From assembly GCA_016875215.1 (NCBI GenBank), contig VGRX01000002.1:5805-69804 (forward strand): a stretch of DNA of 64,000 nucleotides. Direction: 5' to 3'. This DNA is from Deltaproteobacteria bacterium (GTDB lineage Bacteria; Myxococcota_A; UBA9042; CAIXZC01). Below the pieces are notes generated by a model, which was not told the origin of the DNA, ran no database searches, and saw only the letters and a program-made list of their open reading frames with translations. Of the stretch, positions 1 through 8,201 are shown piece by piece (position 1 is the first letter of the stretch; every line of letters begins with the position of its first letter). The position numbers and the translations under genes were made by a program.

Positions 1-1024
1 GTGCGTCGGCTCGGGAACCGTCGACTGCAACGACGGCAACGTCTGCACGAACGACTCGTGCGATCCGGTCCTGGGGTGCCTGCATGCAGCCAACTCGGTG
101 GCGTGCGACGACGGCAACAAGTGCACCACCTCGGATGCCTGTGCGGACAAGGCGTGCAAGGGGGGACCGGCCCTTTCGTGCGACGACTCGAACCCCTGCA
201 CCGACGACTCCTGCAACCCGGCATCGGGTTGCGTGTACGTGCCGCTGCCTGACAACACTCCGTGCGGCGGGGGCAAGACCTGCAAGTCCGGGGTCTGCAC
301 TTCCCCGTGTGCACCGGGAAGCCAGACATTCAGCTACACCGGCGGGCAGCAGACGTTCGTGGTTCCCGGGGCCTGCCAGACGATCCAGGTCGAGGCGTTC
401 GGGGCGTCCGGCGGCTGTTCCGAAGGGGGCAAGGGAGGAAGGGCAAAGGGGACGGTCAACGTCACCGGCGGCGAGACCCTGCACGTCTTCGTCGGCGGGG
501 CCGGCGGGTGCGATGCCAACGGCAAGCCCGGCGGGTACAACGGGGGCGGCGCCACCGTGTACGGCAACGGCTACACCAACGGCGACGGTGGCGGAGGCAG
601 CGACGTCCGCAAGGGGGGCGCTGCGCTGGGCAACCGGGTCATCGTCGCGGGCGGAGGCGGAGGCCGAGGCTGGGGAGGGCTTGGCGGGAACGGCGGCGGC
701 GACACCGGCCAGGACGCGAACCCCAGCGGAGGCGGGGCCGGCCCCCAGTGCCACGGCAAAGGCGGAACCCAGTCCGCAGGCGGAATCGGAGGCTTCCATT
801 CCCCGTCCTGCTGGGGAACGGACGGTACCCTCTGGAAGGGGGGAACCGGCGACGAGTGCTCGGCCTGCGGCGGCGGCGGAGGTGGCGGCTACTACGGCGG
901 CGGCGGCGGGGCACACTGCTCCGGCGGAGGCGGCTCCTCCTACTTCGCACCCGACGTCCAGAAACTGGTCAACGAACAGGGCGGCAATTCCGGCAACGGC
1001 AAGATCGTCATCTCCTGGCCGTAG
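1..1024 (+). CDS. Secreted Cys-rich repeat protein (C-x-DGN-x-CT-x-D-x-C modules) with Gly-rich (GGxGG) C-terminal half; 5' end lies outside the window (reading frame 2, stop TAG 1022-1024)
   Basis: Frame 2 is open from nt 2 and translates to repeated DGNxCTxDxC Cys modules typical of myxobacterial secreted proteins, then a Gly-rich low-complexity C-terminus. The ORF-track ATG/GTG at 98 is internal. Confidence 0.6.
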   Translation, partial: CVGSGTVDCNDGNVCTNDSCDPVLGCLHAANSVACDDGNKCTTSDACADKACKGGPALSCDDSNPCTDDSCNPASGCVYVPLPDNTPCGGGKTCKSGVCTSPCAPGSQTFSYTGGQQTFVVPGACQTIQVEAFGASGGCSEGGKGGRAKGTVNVTGGETLHVFVGGAGGCDANGKPGGYNGGGATVYGNGYTNGDGGGGSDVRKGGAALGNRVIVAGGGGGRGWGGLGGNGGGDTGQDANPSGGGAGPQCHGKGGTQSAGGIGGFHSPSCWGTDGTLWKGGTGDECSACGGGGGGGYYGGGGGAHCSGGGGSSYFAPDVQKLVNEQGGNSGNGKIVISWP

Positions 1025-1206
1025 GTGCTGGCGGGTCGGCTTGGTTCCCCGCTGGCTGGATCCTGTGCGGAACCAGGCAGAACCCGGTTTGGGAACGCCG
1101 GGGCGGGACCTGGCGGGGCCGACACCTCCTGCTTGAAATCCGGATGCCTGCTCCCCATACTCGCAACGTGCCGCACCTGGAATGACCTGATGGGAGGGGA
1201 ACGATC

Positions 1207-1710
1207 ATGGCGAGAATCACACTGGGCGGAAACGCAATCCATACGGTCGGAGAGCTGCCCGCGGTCGGGACGAAGGCCCCGGACTTCCGGCTGACGAAAG
1301 GGGACCTCTCCGACGTGGGCCTGAAGGACTTTGCAGGCAAGAGGGTCATCGTGAACATCGTGCCGAGCCTGGACACCGGTGTCTGCGCGGCCTCTGCACG
1401 GCACTTCAACCAGGACGCAACCGAGCTTCCGGGCACCGTGGTGCTGACCGTCAGCAACGACCTGCCCTTCGCACAGTCCCGCTTCTGCGAGGCAAACGGG
1501 ATCGACAACGTGATCCCCTTGTCGCAGCTCAGAGGCCGGGAGTTCGGGAAGGCCTGGGGGGTCGAGATCACGGACGGCCCGCTGGCCGGCCTTCTCTCAC
1601 GGGCGGTGGTCGTCCTGGATGGGGAAGGAACCGTGCTCCACGCGCAGCAGGTCCCGGAGATCAAGCAGGAACCGGACTACGAGGCGGTCCTGGCCGCGCT
1701 GAAGGCCTGA
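1207..1710 (+). CDS. tpx: Thiol peroxidase (atypical 2-Cys peroxiredoxin, Tpx family)
   Basis: 167 aa with the full Tpx signature (resolving and peroxidatic Cys context ...[11 protein letters not shown]...). RBS GGGAGGGG lies 7 nt upstream of the ATG. Confidence 0.9.
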   Translation: MARITLGGNAIHTVGELPAVGTKAPDFRLTKGDLSDVGLKDFAGKRVIVNIVPSLDTGVCAASARHFNQDATELPGTVVLTVSNDLPFAQSRFCEANGIDNVIPLSQLRGREFGKAWGVEITDGPLAGLLSRAVVVLDGEGTVLHAQQVPEIKQEPDYEAVLAALKA

Positions 1711-1715
1711 TCCGC

Positions 1716-1906
1716 AGCGCTACGTCGCAGTGGAGACGGCGACCGAGCGACGCCGCAGACGGTACCGAACCGCCGGTCAGTTGACCGACAGGTCGGTGCC
1801 GGATGCCAGGAGCGACCGAGCCGGCGAACGAGGCGTAGTAGCGCTACGTCGCAGTGGAGACGGCGACCGAGCGACGCCGCAGACGGTACCGAACCGTCGG
1901 TCAGTT
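1716..1906. repeat. Two copies of a ~67-bp direct repeat (1716-1782 and 1840-1906, period 124 bp) containing internal palindromes (CGTCGC..GCGACG; CGGTCAGTTGACCG; ACCGACAGGTCGGT)
   Basis: Near-identical strings agcgctacgtcgcagtggagacggcgaccgagcgacgccgcagacggtaccgaacc(g/t)(c/t)cggtcagtt appear twice. They sit between the tpx stop and the stop of the convergent gene. Confidence 0.6.
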
Positions 1907-3016
1907 CGTGCAGCAGCAGAACTTGAACCCAGACTGGCTGCACGAGTCGCTGGTGGAGGGCCCGTCGATGCGGAAGGCCTTGTGGCACGACATCCCGTGG
2001 GCCGAGCAGGCGCTCGAGCAGGAGCTGCCTCCGACCACGAGGCAGGAGCTGGACGAGAACTTGTTCCCCCCCCAATAGAAATCGCCGCTGACCCCCAGGT
2101 CGCCTTTCACTTCGAGGGTGCGGGACGGGCTCGTGGTCGCGATGCCGACCTTGCTGCCCGAGTCGTAGACGATGGAATCCTCGATCGTGGTGGAGTTGTA
2201 GAACCGCGCCAGCTTCTTGGCCGTGCCATCTCCGCCGATACCGCCGCCGGCCGCGTCGCAGACCAGGGTTCCGCTCGTATTGACGCCGGTCACGACCTTT
2301 CCGGACGAGCACTTCTGGTTGCTCAACGCGAAATCCCCGCCGTCGTAGCTGCCGCCTGCCAGCACACACTGCACGTGCCCGTCCGGGCTGACTCCGGAGA
2401 CCACGTTGTTCGGCGGACAGGTCTGTGCGCTGAGAGCAAAGTCGTTCCCCGTGTACGTGCCTGCCGGAGCGCAGAGCGGGACTCCTTCGGGAGAGAAGCC
2501 GGTGACCACCTGGCCGACGTTGCAGCCCTGGCCCCCTTTGACCACCCCCTGGAGCTGGTCCGCCGGGTGCGTGTGCTCCGGCACCTCCCCGCAGTACTGG
2601 GCGTACGCGGAGAACGGCACCGTCCCGAGGAACGTGCGGGCCATCTCCGGGTCGTCCTCCACCTTGACGGCCAGCCAGACGTTTCCGTGCTCCCGGAACA
2701 GCGAGAGATCCAGGGGCGAGGACGTGCCCAGGTAGGCCACGAACAACCCCCGGTCCGTCAGGAGGGTCTGCGTCTCGGACCAGAGCGGCTTGCCCTTGAC
2801 CGGAGCATCGTAGAGGGTGAACGTCATCTGGACATTGCCTTCGATCGGCTCCCCCTTCTTGTCCGAGAGCACCCCCTGGAGCGGCAGGAAAGCCGGCGAC
2901 TCGGCCCTGGCCACGGAAGGGAAGACGAACAGCAACACGCCGGCGAGGATCAGCGGCCGAGCGGACGACCGTCCTGCTCGTATCGTTTCGCCCCCACCTG
3001 CCGCACCGGCGACCAT
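1901..3016 (-). CDS. Secreted repeat protein of unknown function (signal peptide + ~45-aa repeats VVTG..SP.G...C...G.Y.G.DFALS.Q.C)
   Basis: The long ORF 1901..3472 has an N-terminal region overlapping DNA direct repeats. The internal Met at codon 153 precedes a classic signal peptide (RPLILAGVLLFVFPSVARA), so I place the start there. The mature part is an internally repetitive Cys-containing domain. Confidence 0.55.
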   Translation of the reverse strand: MVAGAAGGGETIRAGRSSARPLILAGVLLFVFPSVARAESPAFLPLQGVLSDKKGEPIEGNVQMTFTLYDAPVKGKPLWSETQTLLTDRGLFVAYLGTSSPLDLSLFREHGNVWLAVKVEDDPEMARTFLGTVPFSAYAQYCGEVPEHTHPADQLQGVVKGGQGCNVGQVVTGFSPEGVPLCAPAGTYTGNDFALSAQTCPPNNVVSGVSPDGHVQCVLAGGSYDGGDFALSNQKCSSGKVVTGVNTSGTLVCDAAGGGIGGDGTAKKLARFYNSTTIEDSIVYDSGSKVGIATTSPSRTLEVKGDLGVSGDFYWGGNKFSSSSCLVVGGSSCSSACSAHGMSCHKAFRIDGPSTSDSCSQSGFKFCCCTN

Positions 3017-3024
3017 CCGCCTCT

Positions 3025-3100
3025 GCACAAGGCTATGGCGGGACTTCGCCGACCATGCGCCTTCGCGCAAGGCCACGGCGGGACTTCGTCGACCATCGAC
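3025..3100. promoter_or_regulatory. Two ~36-bp imperfect direct repeats (3025-3060, 3065-3100; gcacaaggctatggcgggacttcgccgaccatgcgc vs gcgcaaggccacggcgggacttcgtcgaccatcgac) immediately upstream of the 1901..3016 gene
   Basis: The period is 40 bp, which is not a multiple of 3, so the repeat exists at DNA level rather than protein level. It sits 9-85 nt upstream of the proposed start, suggesting tandem operator-like sites. Confidence 0.3.
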
Positions 3101-3144
3101 CATCTCCCCTGCCCCCCCTGTTCCGGCGCCATTTCCGCATCCGA

Positions 3145-3627
3145 CTACCATGAAGTTCCTCCCGGCCCCAGGATGAGCCCGTAGTTCTTGGTCTTTGATA
3201 CCTGCACCGGCCTCGCCGGGGCCACGAACAGCCGCAGCCGGTAGTTGGGGGACTCGAGGGACGCGCCCCCCGCCAGCTCGCTGCGGGACGAGGGAACCGC
3301 TGCGCCGGGGCCTTCCGGTGCCGCGTCCGGCCCGGTGCAGACATCCCCCTCGCAGCTCCCGAGCTTCCCCGTGCAATCGCACGCACTCCAGTACCTGGAC
3401 TCGCCGCAGAGCCGGATTCCGGCCTCCCCCGATTCCTCGCAGATGCACCCCTGGATCTTCCCGGGGCTGCACCCTGCCGGGGGTCCCGTGCCGCTCGTCC
3501 CCGGTCCTGCCTCCTCACTGCCGCATGATCCAAGAGCGAGGACCGCCAGGAACCCGACGAGCCGCCCCCATACCGGTCCCAACGCCCTGCGCCGCAGTCG
3601 TTCGCATTCCGACACGCACTGTTTCAT
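3145..3627 (-). CDS. Small secreted Cys-containing protein, possible lipoprotein (LALGSC)
   Basis: The internal Met (MKQCV...) is followed by a hydrophobic signal segment and a Cys-rich mature region. GGGGGAG lies about 6 nt upstream. No recognisable family. Confidence 0.4.
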   Translation of the reverse strand: MKQCVSECERLRRRALGPVWGRLVGFLAVLALGSCGSEEAGPGTSGTGPPAGCSPGKIQGCICEESGEAGIRLCGESRYWSACDCTGKLGSCEGDVCTGPDAAPEGPGAAVPSSRSELAGGASLESPNYRLRLFVAPARPVQVSKTKNYGLILGPGGTSW

Positions 3628-3855
3628 CCGCTCCCCCGCCCGACGAGCCGCCCCGGCACCCGCCTGGCAGCATACCATTCTAACCGATCCATCCAGAAAC
3701 GCCAGCCACCGACCGCCCCCCTGATGCCCGGACGGTGCCGGTATCCGGCGACGATTGCGGCGATGGATCAACTGCTGAAGGGCTTGCGGTCGGGCCGAAG
3801 CACCAGGGGTCGTTCCCGCCCCCTGAGCCCCGCCCCCGGATTCCTACTCTACCCA

Positions 3856-3887
3856 GATCGTCCGCTCGACAAGGAGTGCGGACGATC
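3856..3887 (-). terminator. Stem-loop (10-bp perfect stem GATCGTCCGC/GCGGACGATC, 12-nt loop) 7 nt downstream of the 3894..5780 gene stop
   Basis: Perfect inverted repeat seen directly in the sequence. There is no U-tract, which is common in high-GC genomes. Confidence 0.35.
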
Positions 3888-3893
3888 GGGGTT

Positions 3894-5780
3894 CTACGCC
3901 TTGACGCGGCGGGCGAACGCCAGGGCCGCCAGGGCGAGAAGCATCAGGAACGCGGCAGCGGCATTGCCGGTGCCGGTGGTGGTGCAGCCGCCGGAATCGC
4001 TGCTGGTCGGCTTGGTGGTTTCTTCAGCAACGGTGGCGTCCTCGACCACGTCTTCGGCCGGGAGCGCCACGCAGGCGCCTTCGGAGCACTCGGTGCCCGC
4101 TTCGCACGTGCCGCAAACGCCGCCGCAGCCGTCGTCGCCGCAGGTCTTGCCGTCGCAGGCCGGGGTGCAGGCGCAGGCGCCCTCGACGCAGGTCTGGGGG
4201 GCCTGGCACTCGCCGCAGGTCCCGCCGCAGCCGTCGTCGCCGCAGGTCTTGCCGGTGCAATCGGGGGTGCACTCGCAGAGGCCGTCGGTGTTGCACACCT
4301 TGCCGGCCGGGCACTCGCCGCAGCTTCCGCCGCAGGTATCACCGCCGCACTCCTTGCCATCGCACTGGGGTGCGCACTCGCACTTGCCGGCGTTGCAGGC
4401 GAAGCCGCCCTGGCAGATACCGCACTCGCCGCCGCAGCCGTCATCGCCGCACTCGAGGCCGGTGCACTTGGGCACGCACTCGCACTTGCCGGCCTTGCAG
4501 GCTGTGCCTTCCGCACACTCGCCGCAGGAGCCGCCGCAGCCGTCGTCACCGCACTCGCTGCCGGTGCAGTCCGGCGTGCAGACGACGCACTGGCCTTCCT
4601 TGCAGATCAGGCCGGCGTCGCAGGTACCGCACGAACCGTTGCAGCCATCGCTCCCGCAGACCTTGCCTTCACAGCTGGGCGTGCAGGGACCGATGCTCTC
4701 GACGCAGGCGTTGTTCTCGCACTTCTTGCCGGGGCCGCAGGGGCAATCCTCGGGGTTCGCACCGCAGTTCTCTCCCCCCTCGCACAGCTTGTTGCCTGCG
4801 ACGGCCGCCTGGCAGCCACCGCACTGGTCGAGGCACGCGCCGACGCAAATCTTGTCCCACTCCGTCGCGCAGCAGAAGTCGTCGGCACCGCACACGCAGG
4901 CCTCGCACTGGCAGCCGCCGCAGCCCGGCGTACCGGCAGACGGCTCACAGCCGACGCCCTTCTGGCATACGCCACCGGCGCACACGCCTTCCGCGCACTC
5001 GCCGCAGGTTCCGCCACAGCCATCATCGCCGCACTCCTTGCCGCCGCAGAACCCGATGCAGCACTTGCCCGCCTTGCAGACGCCGCCATCCGGGCAGCCG
5101 CAGTCGGCCGGGCAGTTCGAGCAACTCTCCATTTCCTCGGCCTTGCAGTTGCCGTCACCGCAGTTGGCCGGCTTGAAGCAGCCGCCGCAGTCGTTGATGC
5201 ATTCGCCGACGCAGATGTTGTCCCAGCCGGACTCGCAGCAGAACGGATCCAGCGCGCACACGCACTCTTCGCACGCGCAGCCTCCACACGTCGGGGTCTC
5301 GGCGATCTCACAGCCGGGGCCCTGGTGGCAGAGACCGTCCACGCACTGGCCCGCACACTCGCCGCAGGTGCCGCCGCAACCGTCATCGCCGCACATCTTG
5401 CCCGCACAGTCGGGGGTGCACACCTCGCACTTGCCGTCCTTGCAGATCTGCCCCGCAGCACAGGGCGGATCGCACTTGACGCAATCCTTTGCGTTCTTTC
5501 CGGACGGATCCTCTCCGCCGTCGGTGCCGCAATCATAGAACTGTCCCTGCCAGCCGCACGAGGGGTTCACTCCTGCGCAGTCGATGCAGAAGAGCTTGCC
5601 CTGGTCGCACCACACGACGCGGCCGAGCCCATCGCAACAACCTTCGTACGTGATGTCGCCGCAACTGGCGCCGCTGGGCTCCTGCATGCCCTTGCAGTCG
5701 TCGGGGTATTCGGCCATCGCCGGCATCGCCAGCAACAGGCCCGCCAAGATCACCACTGCCGAAAAGATCTTCACCTTCAT
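3894..5780 (-). CDS. Secreted Cys-rich repeat protein (about 14 modules of C-x-P-x-C-x-G-K-x-CGDDGCGGxCGxC) with C-terminal MYXO-CTERM sorting signal
   Basis: N-terminal signal peptide MKVKIFSAVVILAGLLLAMPAMA. The modules repeat regularly. The C-terminus is GGCTTTGTGNAAAAFLMLLALAALAFARRVKA, i.e. GGC-x-x-x-G + hydrophobic helix + RR. Confidence 0.75.
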   Translation of the reverse strand: MKVKIFSAVVILAGLLLAMPAMAEYPDDCKGMQEPSGASCGDITYEGCCDGLGRVVWCDQGKLFCIDCAGVNPSCGWQGQFYDCGTDGGEDPSGKNAKDCVKCDPPCAAGQICKDGKCEVCTPDCAGKMCGDDGCGGTCGECAGQCVDGLCHQGPGCEIAETPTCGGCACEECVCALDPFCCESGWDNICVGECINDCGGCFKPANCGDGNCKAEEMESCSNCPADCGCPDGGVCKAGKCCIGFCGGKECGDDGCGGTCGECAEGVCAGGVCQKGVGCEPSAGTPGCGGCQCEACVCGADDFCCATEWDKICVGACLDQCGGCQAAVAGNKLCEGGENCGANPEDCPCGPGKKCENNACVESIGPCTPSCEGKVCGSDGCNGSCGTCDAGLICKEGQCVVCTPDCTGSECGDDGCGGSCGECAEGTACKAGKCECVPKCTGLECGDDGCGGECGICQGGFACNAGKCECAPQCDGKECGGDTCGGSCGECPAGKVCNTDGLCECTPDCTGKTCGDDGCGGTCGECQAPQTCVEGACACTPACDGKTCGDDGCGGVCGTCEAGTECSEGACVALPAEDVVEDATVAEETTKPTSSDSGGCTTTGTGNAAAAFLMLLALAALAFARRVKA

Positions 5781-5844
5781 CTCCCGTTCCTCCTGATCAA
5801 GCGGAAATCCAAAGTTGCCGGTCTTCTACCGGAATCGGCCCGAA

Positions 5845-5897
5845 ATGTCAAATCCGTTTCTTCGGAGTTTGACATCGCGCGGGCGGTCCCTGATAAT
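5845..5897 (+). promoter_or_regulatory. Sigma70-like promoter TTGACA(5869-5874)-N17-GATAAT(5892-5897) for the 6026 gene, overlapped by a perfect palindrome ATGTCAAA(5845-5852)-N15-TTTGACAT(5868-5875)
   Basis: Near-consensus -35/-10 with 17-bp spacing is unusual in this GC-rich DNA. An AT-rich 8-bp inverted repeat covers the -35, as an operator would. The region is the divergent intergenic space between the genes at 5780(-) and 6026(+). Confidence 0.45.
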
Positions 5898-6025
5898 AGG
5901 GCCGGGCTCGGGCGGCATACCCGCTCGCTTGCGGGCGGGTGGAGGCGGGTCCGGTGAGGTCGTACCCCCGGATGCGCCCCTGCCCGGGCACGAGCATCGA
6001 TATCTGCAACCGAGAGGGGGATACC

Positions 6026-8152
6026 ATGGCACGGCAGCTCATCGTCTGGTGCGTGGTGGGAGTTCTGGTCGTCGCCCTGGCCGGGTGTTCCGGGGGGAGC
6101 CCGGGGGATGGCGGAGAGAAGAAGGGGAGTGACGACGTCTCGCTGATCAAGAAGGACAACAAGGGGCAGACGTCGGGTGGGGATGCGCTCACCGGTCCGG
6201 GGGATCAGGAAGGCGGAACGGAAGGTGACGCGGGGCTGGACCTGGTCTTGCTGCCTGACGGTGCGACGGAGCCTGACGGCACGGTGGAACCGGGCGAGGA
6301 CGCGGTCTTCGATTCGAGTGTCGAGCCGGACAAGGGGCAACCCGGGGACTGCCTGGACGAGGACGGTGACGGCTACGGGAAGAACTGCTTCCTCGGGGCC
6401 GACTGCGATGATGGCAATCCGAAGTTCACGGTCTACTGTCCCCCCTGCGGCCAGCAGACGGTGGAGGGATGCCCGTGCACCCAGGACGGGGCCTCGGAGA
6501 TCTGCTTCGAGGGGGACCCTGGGACCATCGGGCTGGGCGAATGCCAGCTTGGGCAGCGATACTGCCAGATGGGATTCTGGAGCGCCTGCTCCGGTCAGAT
6601 CATCCCCAAGCCGGAGGAGTGCAACGAGAAGGATGATGACTGTGACGGCAGCACCGACGAGGGTGTGCTCTCCCCCTGCGGCAACTGCGATCCGTTCTGC
6701 GACACGCTCAAGGTCGGTCCCGGCGGTGCCGAGGAGTTCGCTCCGACGCCGGAGAACTCCGAGAAGGTCGGGAAGAACCTGGACGGCTACCTCGTGCTCG
6801 ATTCCAAGCAGATCGACCTGTCGTTCATGTGGGTCGCGAACTCATCCGAGAATACGGTTTCCCGGCTCGACACCGAGGCGTGCAAGGAGACCGGCCGGTA
6901 CGCGGTCTGCTCCAACCCGTCCCGCACGTCGGTCGACCTGCTCGGCAACGTGTGGGTCGGCTGCCGCAACGACGGCGGCGTGGCGAAGATCGCAATCGAC
7001 GAGGCCCTCTGCCCGGACAAGAACAACAACGGCGTTGTGGACACGGCCAAAGACCTCAACGGGGACGGCCAGGTGAATGGGGTGGAGGTGCTTCCCAAGG
7101 GGTCCGACGAGTGCGTCATCTTCACGGCTTTTCCCGGCGGCTCCTGCCAACGCGGTCTTGGCGTGGACAAGGACAACCATGCGTGGGTGGGTGAGTGGTA
7201 CGGCATGGTGCTGAGGCGCCTGCACCCGGATACCGGGTCGGTGGTCAAGCAGCACAACATCTCCAACAACCCTTATGGCCTGGTCGTCGACCAGGGGGGC
7301 ACGATCTGGGTGTCGGGCCGCGGGGGCAACAAGCTGGTCGAGGTCGACCCCGAGCTGGGACAGGTGGGGGCCTACAGCTCCAACATCGGCTGCTTCGAGC
7401 CGTACGGCATCGGCCTGGACTACAAGGGGCGGGTGTGGATCGGAAACTGCTGCTGCTCTCACGTGGCCTACCGGTTCGACCCCGAGACCAAGACCTGGGC
7501 CGCAGCACAGACCAAGGACCGCCCCCGGGGGGTGGCGGGCAGCCAGGACGGCCGCGTCTACGTGGCCAACGACACGTCGGACCACGTGGCCTTCGTGGAC
7601 TCCGACACCGCGACGACGATCGGGTACGTGTACCTTGGCGGCGGCCGCTTCCCCATCGGCATGACCGTGGACTTCGACGGCAACGTCTGGTCTGCGAACC
7701 AGTCGTCGGGCAGCGCAGTCAAGCTCGACCCCAAGACGCAGCAGAAGCTCTGCGAGGTGAAGGTCGGCAACGGCCCGTACACCTACTCGGACATGACCGG
7801 ATACGCACTGCACAACTTCACGGCGCCCCAGGGGTACTACAGTCACGTCTTCGGCGGCTGGGAAGGGTTCAGAGTGAAGTGGACCGCCGTGTACGTGGAC
7901 GTGGACTACCAGGATCCCACGAGCTGCTTCGTCAAGGTCAGAGTGCGGACTGCGTACGACAAGGCGGAGCTGAAGACCAAGCCATGGCAGGGATACTACG
8001 GGCCGTTCCCGCCGGAGATGTTTCCGCTCGACCTGACGAAGGTACCGGACATGGACGGGCCGCTGCTGGAGGTCGAGGTGACGTTGTATTCCCAGAGCAA
8101 GACCTGCACGCCGATGGTGAAGTCCATCGAGGCCAAGTTCGCATCCGAGTAG
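6026..8152 (+). CDS. Lipoprotein with myxococcal Cys-rich repeat module (C.DEDGDGYG..C..DCDDGNP) followed by NHL/YVTN-type beta-propeller repeats
   Basis: Internal start MARQLIVWCVVGVLVVALAGCSGG carries a lipobox. Repeated LxxNxW / GxVxVxD strands are typical of six-bladed propellers. Confidence 0.65.
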   Translation: MARQLIVWCVVGVLVVALAGCSGGSPGDGGEKKGSDDVSLIKKDNKGQTSGGDALTGPGDQEGGTEGDAGLDLVLLPDGATEPDGTVEPGEDAVFDSSVEPDKGQPGDCLDEDGDGYGKNCFLGADCDDGNPKFTVYCPPCGQQTVEGCPCTQDGASEICFEGDPGTIGLGECQLGQRYCQMGFWSACSGQIIPKPEECNEKDDDCDGSTDEGVLSPCGNCDPFCDTLKVGPGGAEEFAPTPENSEKVGKNLDGYLVLDSKQIDLSFMWVANSSENTVSRLDTEACKETGRYAVCSNPSRTSVDLLGNVWVGCRNDGGVAKIAIDEALCPDKNNNGVVDTAKDLNGDGQVNGVEVLPKGSDECVIFTAFPGGSCQRGLGVDKDNHAWVGEWYGMVLRRLHPDTGSVVKQHNISNNPYGLVVDQGGTIWVSGRGGNKLVEVDPELGQVGAYSSNIGCFEPYGIGLDYKGRVWIGNCCCSHVAYRFDPETKTWAAAQTKDRPRGVAGSQDGRVYVANDTSDHVAFVDSDTATTIGYVYLGGGRFPIGMTVDFDGNVWSANQSSGSAVKLDPKTQQKLCEVKVGNGPYTYSDMTGYALHNFTAPQGYYSHVFGGWEGFRVKWTAVYVDVDYQDPTSCFVKVRVRTAYDKAELKTKPWQGYYGPFPPEMFPLDLTKVPDMDGPLLEVEVTLYSQSKTCTPMVKSIEAKFASE

Positions 8153-8201
8153 GGTGCCTCCGTCCCGCTCCGACTGAACGGGCGGGCTTTCGACACGAGA
8201 G

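Noticed and set aside
1043-1074. Imperfect hairpin GGTTCC...GGAACC after the first gene
   Set aside because: The stem is interrupted by a bulge and there is no U-tract. Confidence is too low to list as a terminator.
3724-5957. Very long ORFs antisense or out of frame to the 3894..5780 gene (3735..5957 +, 3724..5538 +, 4607..5536 -)
   Set aside because: R/A/P/G-rich translations with no motifs are typical shadow ORFs in high-GC DNA. The minus-strand frame with signal peptide, regular Cys modules and MYXO-CTERM is clearly the real gene.
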